Assembly: GCA_021152595.1 (NCBI GenBank) | Contig: JAGKVC010000001.1 | Coordinates: forward strand, 7,380-71,379 | Source: Clostridia bacterium | GTDB taxonomy: Bacteria; Bacillota; Clostridia; Oscillospirales; Ruminococcaceae | Reading direction: 5' to 3' | DNA length: 64,000 nt | Shown here: piece by piece, positions 1 through 8,146 of the stretch | Numbering within the stretch: the stretch's first letter is position 1 | Layout: the number at the start of each line of letters is the position of its first letter | The notes under the pieces: model-generated | Told to the model about the DNA's origin: nothing | Database searches by the model: none | What the model saw: the letters and a program-made list of their open reading frames with translations, nothing else | Translations under genes and position numbers: made by a program

Positions 1-4
1 GATT

Positions 5-622
5 GTGCAGGGCAGAAACGATCTGGAATACTCCGCAAAGGATATTTACGGCAACAGCTCGCTGACCGGCTCAATCTATCTTTCCTGTGAGAACCGCAAA
101 AACTTCCATGACTGGTACAATCTGGTCTACGGTCATCACATGGAAAACGGCGCGATGTTCGGCGGCATCGACTACTACCGGAATGAGGACTATTTCCGCT
201 CCCATCAGAAGGGCATGCTCCGGACGCCGGACGGCAATTATCAGCTGACCGTTTTCGCCTGTGTCGTGACGGATTCCTATGACGGAACCGTTTATACCGT
301 CGCGGATAAGGATATCAGTCAGTATCCTGAACTGATGCGATTTATCAGGGAAAATTCCGTCAGCTATGACACCGCCTGTCAGAAAGATACTGCGGACGAA
401 TCCGTAAAGCTCGTTGCGCTTTCAACCTGTGAGGATGCATCGACGAACGGACGCATCGTCCTCTTTGCAGATCTCATCCACGGAGAAGAACCCGAGGCTG
501 TTCAGACGGCAATCTCGGAATCCAGACCGCGCAGATCCTTCAGGACGGCGAAGCACTGGAGCCGATCGAGAATCCGCCGAATACACCGGCTGAATATGAG
601 GAGGACGGAATCACAGTCCTGA
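5..622 (+). CDS. srtB: Class B sortase, 5'-partial (the frame enters from the window edge). The native C-terminus is probably near nt ~495, and the last ~40 codons are Arg-rich read-on.
   Basis: His-region motif LVYGHHMENGAMFGGI. Catalytic LSTC is followed 8 aa later by GRIVLFADL, the Cys..Arg spacing typical of class B. The gene is adjacent to two sorting-signal proteins. Confidence 0.8.
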   Translation: MQGRNDLEYSAKDIYGNSSLTGSIYLSCENRKNFHDWYNLVYGHHMENGAMFGGIDYYRNEDYFRSHQKGMLRTPDGNYQLTVFACVVTDSYDGTVYTVADKDISQYPELMRFIRENSVSYDTACQKDTADESVKLVALSTCEDASTNGRIVLFADLIHGEEPEAVQTAISESRPRRSFRTAKHWSRSRIRRIHRLNMRRTESQS

Positions 623-768
623 CACCGGCAGCGTATTTTTACGGCTGGTATCAGGTCACGCCGGTTTCTGTTGACAGCACAGCCGGAACGGTTACCTATC
701 AGTGGAGAAATGAGCCGCAGCTTTTTGAATTTGAAAAGCCGGTCAGCATAGACGGTCTGGATGCCGGA

Positions 769-3700
769 ATGCTGAGCTGGTCTGCGGCAGGCATCAGCCA
801 GACTACCCAAGCGGATGAATCCGGCTGTGCGCATGTGTATCTCGCGCCGCTCTATTCCAATTACTATTTCGTCAATTTCCACCTGAATACGGATTTTGAG
901 GAGTCCGTTACCAGCAGTACGCTCCTGACCAGAAGACTCATCGCGCTCGGCGCGAACCATCAAGCGGCTGTGCGGATCGGCAATATTCAGGCGCCGAGTC
1001 CGGATGCAAAGCATCTTGTCTTTACCGGCTGGCAGACCGTTGACAGCGACGGCGTGCAGACTGAAAAATACATTACGCTCGATGAGAACGGCAATGAGAT
1101 CATTCAGGGGGGAGCGGACGGCTACTATATCACCTGCGGTGAGGCGGATGTCGATCTGTATCCGGTCTTCAATGAGGCGCGCTGGATTCATTTCAATTCC
1201 GGCGTCGGTGCCGTATATGTCCCCTCGGAATACCGCCTGACCAATGACGACGGTACCGGAACATCCTTCACGAAGCTCCGTGTCAGTGCAAGAAACGGCT
1301 TCAATTTCATGGGCTGGTATGCAAATGTTCCCACAAACGGGAACGGCGAACCCGATTTCTCGCAGGGCATTCAGATCACCGACAGTCAGGGCAATATGGT
1401 GACCGATGATGTGGCTGTCCGGAACAATGACGGTGAGCTGATGTACGAGGTGCGCAACGGCGCATTCTACGTCTACAAGGCACTTCCGGCAACAGATGAG
1501 CAGGACGGCGTCACGCTCCGTGCGCGCTGGGAGGAAAAGCAGGATTCCTCGTATACCGTTATCATCTGGGCGCAGAAGATCACGGATGATAAAAATGCAG
1601 CGGATGCTGATAAAAAATACGATTACGTTGACTCCTATGCCGTTGAGAATGTCCGCTCCGGTCTGACGCTCGAGGATATCACCCCGTATCTGAAATCGCA
1701 GGGGTATATCAAAGAAGGCGCAAACCAGAAGTTCGAGGGCTTTACCTACCGCACTGCCAGAATGAATACCGCCGCGGTTGCCGGTGACGGAAATACCGTT
1801 GTCAATATTTATTATGACAGAAATTTGCAGACAATTCGGTATGACGGTTATCCGATTTATGTTGCAACTTCTAGCACGAATGGTACTCTTTATGGTTATG
1901 TAAACGATATCTACGTTCAATTAGCCAAAAGCGGAAACTCTTATTATTATCTGTCATATGATGGAGCGCCGTACACAGGTACGCGATATACCGCAGGTTG
2001 GCTAGGATATAATCAAACCAATAACTATATCTATTCAACGCAATATTATGGTTTAATAAATGGCGATTATGAACGACTTTCATGGACGCAATACAGAGAA
2101 CAGCGTTACACGCCTTCATCAACAACTTTGCTCTGGACCGGTCTCTACGGTCAGACCTTTGCCATGAACGGATACAGCTGGGATGATGTTTCATCATACA
2201 GCTGGAAGGATAGCGACGGCACCACACAGACATTTCTTGATGGATTTATACAGGAAGACAATCCCTATGTTTTGACATTACAGAGTACATCATCCGGAAC
2301 AACTGATATTTACCATTACAGACAACAGCTTGATGGTTCCTATACGATCGAAGACCGTGAGCTTGCACATGGTTCGGGCGGCACATTCAATTTTTCCAAT
2401 AAATTCACCGGATTTACGGTCTCCGCATACAGCAGCCCAAATTTCAGTGCAAATGAAAGCGGAAGAACGTCGATCCGTCCCGGCAGTCAGGCTTCAATGG
2501 GAAACGGGCTCCATGTTTACCATAGCCGCAACGCCTTCAATCTGACCTTTGATGTCAACTATCCCGATGATATCAACGTCCAATATCCGAACGGCGAGGC
2601 GGTGAACAAAGAAGTCCCTGTCCTGTTTGATGCACCGCTGAGCAAATACGGCAAAAACGGCAGCGATTATTATGATCTCGAAAACTACAATCCGGATCAT
2701 TACGTTTTCAGCGGCTGGTACGAGGATAAAACGGGAACCGTTCCGTTCAACTTCAATTCCAAGATGCCGGCGGCAAACAAGATCATCTATGCGAAGTGGT
2801 CGAAGGTGCGGTATCTGGTCGAGATTGATCCGAACGGTGCCGTGATCGACCATATTGATCACACCGAGGAATATGTCACCGCACGAAATGAGGATACGGG
2901 CGCGACTGCGACCTATAAAACCTTCATGCCGTATAACGGCGTTCATGCCGTGGATCAATCGACCTACTTCTACGCGGATTACAATGAAGAGATCGGCGAG
3001 TACAAAGTGACACGCGATTATATCGAGATCTCGGATACAAAGGCGGAGGAGCTGGGAGCCGACAGGGTCTATTATTACATCAATACGCAGTTTGCGAAGA
3101 ACGGCGGAAAGGAGCTGCCGCGTGATCTGCGCAATGCGATCTATGTCACCGAGGAGAATCTGGCGGAGTATCACAGATTCTATATGGATGCGCTGGCAGC
3201 CTACAAAGCCGTTTCGCCCGATGAATACGGCGACACGGAGATCATCACCGATTTCGGCATCTGGAAGCATTATTACGTTTCCGATCAGAAATACGCGAGG
3301 ATCTCGGATGTCAGCAGCAATCAGCAGTATGTTTCGCTCGGATGGTTTGAGGTCGATGAAAACGGCGAGACAGCCGCAATGCCCTATGACTTCACGAAGC
3401 CTGCAACCGAACCGGTGAAGCTGCGTGCGCTGTGGAGACTCGACGGCGGTTACAAGATCGCTTATATCGCGGAATACCGCACAGCCTCAAATGTCCGGAT
3501 CAATGCGAATCTTTCAAGAATGTTTGATCCGCCGCTTCAGGCGACATTTGCCGATCAGGCGCGTGCAACGGTACTCAGTCAGCCGACGGGCATTACCGCT
3601 GACAATGTTCCGACAAAGGAATATATCTTCCGCGGCTGGCGCGTTGTCAGTCCGCGCGGAAACGATACCTTTATTCCGCTTGAGGCAGGTGTTTATTATC

Positions 3701-6180
3701 AGCCGGGTGATCCCTTTACCGTGCAGGCACAGTATGCAGACCAGAATTCCTTTATTTACATGCAGGCTGTGTATGAGCGAACCGATGTCGCATACCGCCG
3801 CCCCGAGATCGCAAATCTGACACTCGATGCAAACGGCGGCTTCCTGACAGACGGTACAAGCGCGGATCCGCTCAGCGCTGATATGCTTCTCCCGTGGTAT
3901 GAAAGGGCAGTCTGTACGGCGGCAACAAAGCTCAGCGGCACATCGCCTGCAACGGCATACGATCAGATCCTTTTCGGCAATATGCAGTCGAACGCCGCGG
4001 TGCATCTGTACCGCTATGCAGCGGATATCAAGCCGGAAGGCAAGGAAAAGGGTACAAATTATTTCCTGCATCCGGAAGGCTATATGCTGCTCGGCTTTGA
4101 CAAAGCGCCGGATGAAAACGACTTTATCGCTTCGTTCCCTGCCGATTCGGTCATTTCCGTGCAGCGAACGGATAACACGACACTCTATGCAGTCTGGGAG
4201 CCGATGGTCTATCTGAATTTCGAGAACAAAACGGATTCGGATATCACCTTTGCACTGACCTCTGCCAATTCGCAGACGCTCTATGTGGTCAATGAAAAGA
4301 CCAGCTTTTATGACCGCGAGAAGGTCGAGGACAACAATCATATTACGGTGAAAGCAGGGGAGAAGCTGCATCTTGCGATTCCGTTCGGCGCGGATCAGGA
4401 TATCAGGATCACCGGAACCAATACGCTCGGTGTCGGTTATGTTCTGCGCGCGAGCAGCTCTCTGAACGGTACCGGCAGGAATCAGACAACAGCGAACAAC
4501 GGCGAAGTCTTTACGCTGAATGAAACGCTTGAAACCGATGAAAACGGTATTGATGTTGTATTTGAGGCGGAGAAGCTGGGCTATGCGCTCGTCATGATCG
4601 ACTGCGATAATCCGCTGCACGGCAGAAATACCGGCACACATGAGATCGACTTTGCAAGTGCGGCGGCAAGCGACAGCTACACAATCCGCGAAACCAGAGC
4701 AAGCATCGGATACATCTTCCGCGGCTGGTCGGATACGGATACCGCTGCAAATATCGGTGAAGATCCGAGACCGGATTACCGTGTCAACGGCGTTGAGCAT
4801 GCGACGATCGAGAATCTGGAAGAGTTCTTCAGTGATCCGGACAAGACCGAGCAGGTCGAGAATCCGGACGGGACGATTACCGTGGTCCGCAGGATCTATG
4901 CGGTGTGGGCGGTGAATAATAAATCCGGAAGAGTGTATGTCTATAAAAATGTTCCGCTTCCGGGCAATCAGGAACAGAAATTCACGTTCACTGTTTCACT
5001 GGATGTCAGCTTTCAGTATCAGAAGAAAAAGAACGGCACGGTGCAAACAGACAGCAGCCATTTAACCCGTGATATCTCAATCTGCCACGGACAGTATTTT
5101 GAAGTGAAATGTGAAGAGGGAAGCAATTTCAAAAAACTGACGATTACAAAATACCGTGGGGAAAAACAGCAGGTCGGGGATCACGTGATTCTGGAATATC
5201 AGAATCAAACCACTTATGCGACATTTGCATTCACCGATCTGAATGTCGCGGTTTCGGAAGCAGTTTATCCGCATTATCTGACGGATATTGAAGAGCTGAT
5301 ATCGACTTCAGCAGAAGGATTCTTATTTGAGGATACTAGCAATTCCGTGAGCTGGACTGATATGAATACCGGCGGCTCCGTGCTGTTCACGAACACGCGC
5401 AGAACGACCGATATCACGATCAAAAAGCGGCTGGCGGATCCGGAGCGTATCGCAGCAGACAAATCTTTTGATTTTGATTTGGCGCTGCTCGATGAGAATC
5501 CCGATTACACCTATACGCTCCCTGTTACGGATTTTGCATTGCAGGACGGCGACAGCAGAGTGATCAGCGGCATTCCGGTCGGCGCGAATCTGCGGATCAC
5601 GGAAGCCGGAGACGTCAGCAATTATATCGTGACAGCAGAATCTGCGGGCGCATATCCGGATGCGGACAGCGAAAGCAATATCTTCCGGTATGCGGTTCCC
5701 GAAACGGCGGATACAATCACATTCACAAATACGCTGCGGTCCGTGAAGCTGAAAATCTACAGCGTGGATGAAAACGGCGCACCGTATACAAGTGCAATCT
5801 ATCAGATCGCAGGTCTGACCGGCGACCTGATTCCGCAGCAGTCAGGACTGTTTTACAGCAATGACAATCTGTACAATCATACATATGTCCTCACAGAGAC
5901 ATGGACCTCTGAGGGCTATGTCAGGCTGAATACACCGGTGCATATTACGGTATCGGCTTCCGGCGTGACCGCAGATCATCCGGATGCACATGTGAGCTTT
6001 GATCCGGATACGCAGACATGGATCATCCGGATTGTCAATCACGAATACCGGATGCCTGCACCGACAGGCTTCGGCGGAGAGAAACAGCCGTTTGTATTCC
6101 TGATGCTCTCGATGAGCAGCATACTTGCGGCGGCGGTCTTTCTCCGGAAAAGAAGGGCGGGTGATGAAGATGCGATCTGA
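769..6180 (+). CDS. Giant cell-wall-sorted adhesin with Listeria-Bacteroides (Flg_new-type) repeats, C-terminal CnaB/SpaA-like domains and a sorting signal. The frame is open upstream to nt 433 and the true N-terminus is unresolved.
   Basis: Repeated F-x-GWY...YAKW motifs (FMGWYANV, FSGWYEDKTGTVPFNF..IIYAKW, LGWFEVDENG, FRGWRVV, FRGWSDTD..IYAVW). The C-terminus reads MPAPTGFGG + hydrophobic stretch + RKRRAGDED. There is no signal peptide after Met-769. Confidence 0.85.
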   Translation: MLSWSAAGISQTTQADESGCAHVYLAPLYSNYYFVNFHLNTDFEESVTSSTLLTRRLIALGANHQAAVRIGNIQAPSPDAKHLVFTGWQTVDSDGVQTEKYITLDENGNEIIQGGADGYYITCGEADVDLYPVFNEARWIHFNSGVGAVYVPSEYRLTNDDGTGTSFTKLRVSARNGFNFMGWYANVPTNGNGEPDFSQGIQITDSQGNMVTDDVAVRNNDGELMYEVRNGAFYVYKALPATDEQDGVTLRARWEEKQDSSYTVIIWAQKITDDKNAADADKKYDYVDSYAVENVRSGLTLEDITPYLKSQGYIKEGANQKFEGFTYRTARMNTAAVAGDGNTVVNIYYDRNLQTIRYDGYPIYVATSSTNGTLYGYVNDIYVQLAKSGNSYYYLSYDGAPYTGTRYTAGWLGYNQTNNYIYSTQYYGLINGDYERLSWTQYREQRYTPSSTTLLWTGLYGQTFAMNGYSWDDVSSYSWKDSDGTTQTFLDGFIQEDNPYVLTLQSTSSGTTDIYHYRQQLDGSYTIEDRELAHGSGGTFNFSNKFTGFTVSAYSSPNFSANESGRTSIRPGSQASMGNGLHVYHSRNAFNLTFDVNYPDDINVQYPNGEAVNKEVPVLFDAPLSKYGKNGSDYYDLENYNPDHYVFSGWYEDKTGTVPFNFNSKMPAANKIIYAKWSKVRYLVEIDPNGAVIDHIDHTEEYVTARNEDTGATATYKTFMPYNGVHAVDQSTYFYADYNEEIGEYKVTRDYIEISDTKAEELGADRVYYYINTQFAKNGGKELPRDLRNAIYVTEENLAEYHRFYMDALAAYKAVSPDEYGDTEIITDFGIWKHYYVSDQKYARISDVSSNQQYVSLGWFEVDENGETAAMPYDFTKPATEPVKLRALWRLDGGYKIAYIAEYRTASNVRINANLSRMFDPPLQATFADQARATVLSQPTGITADNVPTKEYIFRGWRVVSPRGNDTFIPLEAGVYYQPGDPFTVQAQYADQNSFIYMQAVYERTDVAYRRPEIANLTLDANGGFLTDGTSADPLSADMLLPWYERAVCTAATKLSGTSPATAYDQILFGNMQSNAAVHLYRYAADIKPEGKEKGTNYFLHPEGYMLLGFDKAPDENDFIASFPADSVISVQRTDNTTLYAVWEPMVYLNFENKTDSDITFALTSANSQTLYVVNEKTSFYDREKVEDNNHITVKAGEKLHLAIPFGADQDIRITGTNTLGVGYVLRASSSLNGTGRNQTTANNGEVFTLNETLETDENGIDVVFEAEKLGYALVMIDCDNPLHGRNTGTHEIDFASAAASDSYTIRETRASIGYIFRGWSDTDTAANIGEDPRPDYRVNGVEHATIENLEEFFSDPDKTEQVENPDGTITVVRRIYAVWAVNNKSGRVYVYKNVPLPGNQEQKFTFTVSLDVSFQYQKKKNGTVQTDSSHLTRDISICHGQYFEVKCEEGSNFKKLTITKYRGEKQQVGDHVILEYQNQTTYATFAFTDLNVAVSEAVYPHYLTDIEELISTSAEGFLFEDTSNSVSWTDMNTGGSVLFTNTRRTTDITIKKRLADPERIAADKSFDFDLALLDENPDYTYTLPVTDFALQDGDSRVISGIPVGANLRITEAGDVSNYIVTAESAGAYPDADSESNIFRYAVPETADTITFTNTLRSVKLKIYSVDENGAPYTSAIYQIAGLTGDLIPQQSGLFYSNDNLYNHTYVLTETWTSEGYVRLNTPVHITVSASGVTADHPDAHVSFDPDTQTWIIRIVNHEYRMPAPTGFGGEKQPFVFLMLSMSSILAAAVFLRKRRAGDEDAI

Positions 6181-6297
6181 AACGCCCTCCCGAACCTACC
6201 GCAAAGGAAGAAGCCGTGATGAACCTCCGTGAATCACGCATTTCAAAAAACACAGGCAAATTTCACTGACAATTAAAATTGGGAAAGGATGTTAATT

Positions 6298-7647
6298 ATG
6301 AAAAAGAATCTCATGAAGAAAATGACCGCTTTTACTGCGGCTGTCCTGATGACATCTGCAATCGGTTTGTCCGCCGTGACAGCTTTCGCTGATAACGGTG
6401 TAACCGTCGTAACTCAGGATAAGACAGCGAGTCAGACCATTCAGATCGAAAAGGATATCGTACTCTACAATCCGGACGGTGCAACAGTTTATGTGCCGAC
6501 AATCACTTATAACTACAGTGTTGCGCCGGAAGAGAGCGTAACAGGTTCGACCATTACCGACAAGGAAGGAAACACTGTCAAGGTCAAGGCGGGCGTGACA
6601 GACGGCGTGACGATGGGTACAGACAGCACCGCTGTATTCCCGAAGACCGGCGAGGAAAAATTTGCGGCGTCGGCAACTGGTACCGTTTTGACCGACACCT
6701 TTAATCTGGTGATTGATCCGGAAAAGTTCGATGCAGCAGGTGTGTATCGCTATATCATCACCGAAACGACCGGTACGGATAGGCTCACCGCTGTCGGCAT
6801 GACACGTTCCAGCAACGACTATGTCAGCACCAGAACACTCGACGTTTATATTGAGGATAACAATGGTGCGATTGGCGTTGTCGGCTATGTGCTTTCTGTC
6901 GGTACAAATACAACGATTAACGCAAACAGTGATAATCCTGCCACGACAATCACCGGCAAGACCACCGGTTTTGTACAGGACTATATCGACAAAGACGTCG
7001 ATCCGGAGCTTGACGGCACAACGACGGGCAATCCGAAGACAGATAAGAAGCTCGCGGATGAGTATTACACCTATAACTACAAGGTTACAAAGGTCATTAC
7101 CGGTAATCTCTCCGATAAGAAGGAAACATTCCCGTTTACGGTTACAGTCAAAGGCAATAACGGACAGAAGTTTACGGCTGATGGTCAGGAAGCGGCGATT
7201 GCTTCCGGAGAAAAAGTGATCAAAAAGCCGCTTGGCAATAACGAATCCATTGAGCTGATCGGCATTCCTGCAAATGCAAGCATCGCCGTTGAGGAATCGA
7301 ACCCGAATCCCGGAACGTATACCGTATCGCTGACCGAGGCAGGCGAAATCACTGCTCCGGCAGTGGTTTACTCTGATACAACAGCAAAGAAGCTCACGCC
7401 GAACAACACGGCTTCGTTTGCTGAGAAGAAGATTTCGGAGTATGTAACTGCGGCTACCCCTGCAAATGCTCTGCTGGACAAGCAGAACCTCAAGGCGACC
7501 GTCTTTACGAACGATCTCCAGACGATCTCCCCGACGGGTGTTGTCCTGATGGCTGCGCCTTACGCAATCATGCTCGGTGCTGCTGTATTCTTCATCGTGT
7601 TCTCGCTGAGACGCCGGAGAGATGAGGAAGCAAAGAACACGATCTGA
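6298..7647 (+). CDS. Backbone (major) pilin / sortase substrate
   Basis: Signal peptide MKKNLMKKMTAFTAAVLMTSAIGLSAVTAFA. Candidate pilin-Lys context AVFPKTG and E-box-like YRYIITETTG. The C-terminus is TISPTGV + TM + RRRRDEE. GGAAAGG lies upstream of the second ATG; the ORF track starts at 6289. Confidence 0.8.
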   Translation: MKKNLMKKMTAFTAAVLMTSAIGLSAVTAFADNGVTVVTQDKTASQTIQIEKDIVLYNPDGATVYVPTITYNYSVAPEESVTGSTITDKEGNTVKVKAGVTDGVTMGTDSTAVFPKTGEEKFAASATGTVLTDTFNLVIDPEKFDAAGVYRYIITETTGTDRLTAVGMTRSSNDYVSTRTLDVYIEDNNGAIGVVGYVLSVGTNTTINANSDNPATTITGKTTGFVQDYIDKDVDPELDGTTTGNPKTDKKLADEYYTYNYKVTKVITGNLSDKKETFPFTVTVKGNNGQKFTADGQEAAIASGEKVIKKPLGNNESIELIGIPANASIAVEESNPNPGTYTVSLTEAGEITAPAVVYSDTTAKKLTPNNTASFAEKKISEYVTAATPANALLDKQNLKATVFTNDLQTISPTGVVLMAAPYAIMLGAAVFFIVFSLRRRRDEEAKNTI

Positions 7648-7678
7648 TAAAATACGCTGAACACGCTGAACAGCACGG

Positions 7679-8068
7679 ATGGAGGATGCTATGTTGATTA
7701 CAGCTTTTGATCAGAATCAGAAGGATCTGGATACATTAAAGGCTATGGTGAACAGAATCTCTCCGGACAGTGAAATGATCGGGTTTACTGAGCTGAAAGA
7801 CTGTGTGAACTATGCAAGTCAGAATGCTGCGGATCTTGTCTTCTTCGAGAAGACAGGCGGCAGCGGCTGGTATCGGATCGTCGAGGCGATTCATTCGCTC
7901 AAGAGCGTCAATCCCAGAATGGATTTCATCATCCTGCACCGGTCGTCGAATACATTTAACGAGGTGTACTGGGCGGTGCGTTCAAGGGTATCCGCATTTC
8001 TGCCGAAGCCGGTCGAATACCGGCAGCTTGAAACAGAATTTCAGAATCTGTTTTATCATCACAAATGA
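7679..8068 (+). CDS. Stand-alone receiver-like (pseudo-receiver) protein
   Basis: The (beta-alpha)5-like pattern has conserved Lys in AFLPKP. The expected phospho-Asp position reads DLVFFE, i.e. Glu instead of Asp. There is no output domain. The start could be ATG 7691. Confidence 0.55.
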   Translation: MEDAMLITAFDQNQKDLDTLKAMVNRISPDSEMIGFTELKDCVNYASQNAADLVFFEKTGGSGWYRIVEAIHSLKSVNPRMDFIILHRSSNTFNEVYWAVRSRVSAFLPKPVEYRQLETEFQNLFYHHK

Positions 8069-8100
8069 TCCGGATTTCTGAATGGAACGATGTATATAGA

Positions 8101-8140
8101 AAAAGCAGGCAGCCTTCTTCGGAGGGCTGCCTTGCTTTGC
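8101..8140. terminator. Bidirectional intrinsic terminator between convergent genes
   Basis: The GGCAGCC / GGCTGCC stem is extended by GCA/TGC and flanked by AAAA and TTTG. Confidence 0.6.
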
Positions 8141-8146
8141 AGGGAT

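Noticed and set aside
495-535. Programmed -1 ribosomal frameshift joining the sortase and adhesin frames.
   Set aside because: No slippery heptamer or homopolymer run is present (the sequence is GCTGTTCAGACGGCAATCTCGGAATCCAGACCGCG). I saw no obvious downstream stimulatory structure. A lesion or error is more likely.
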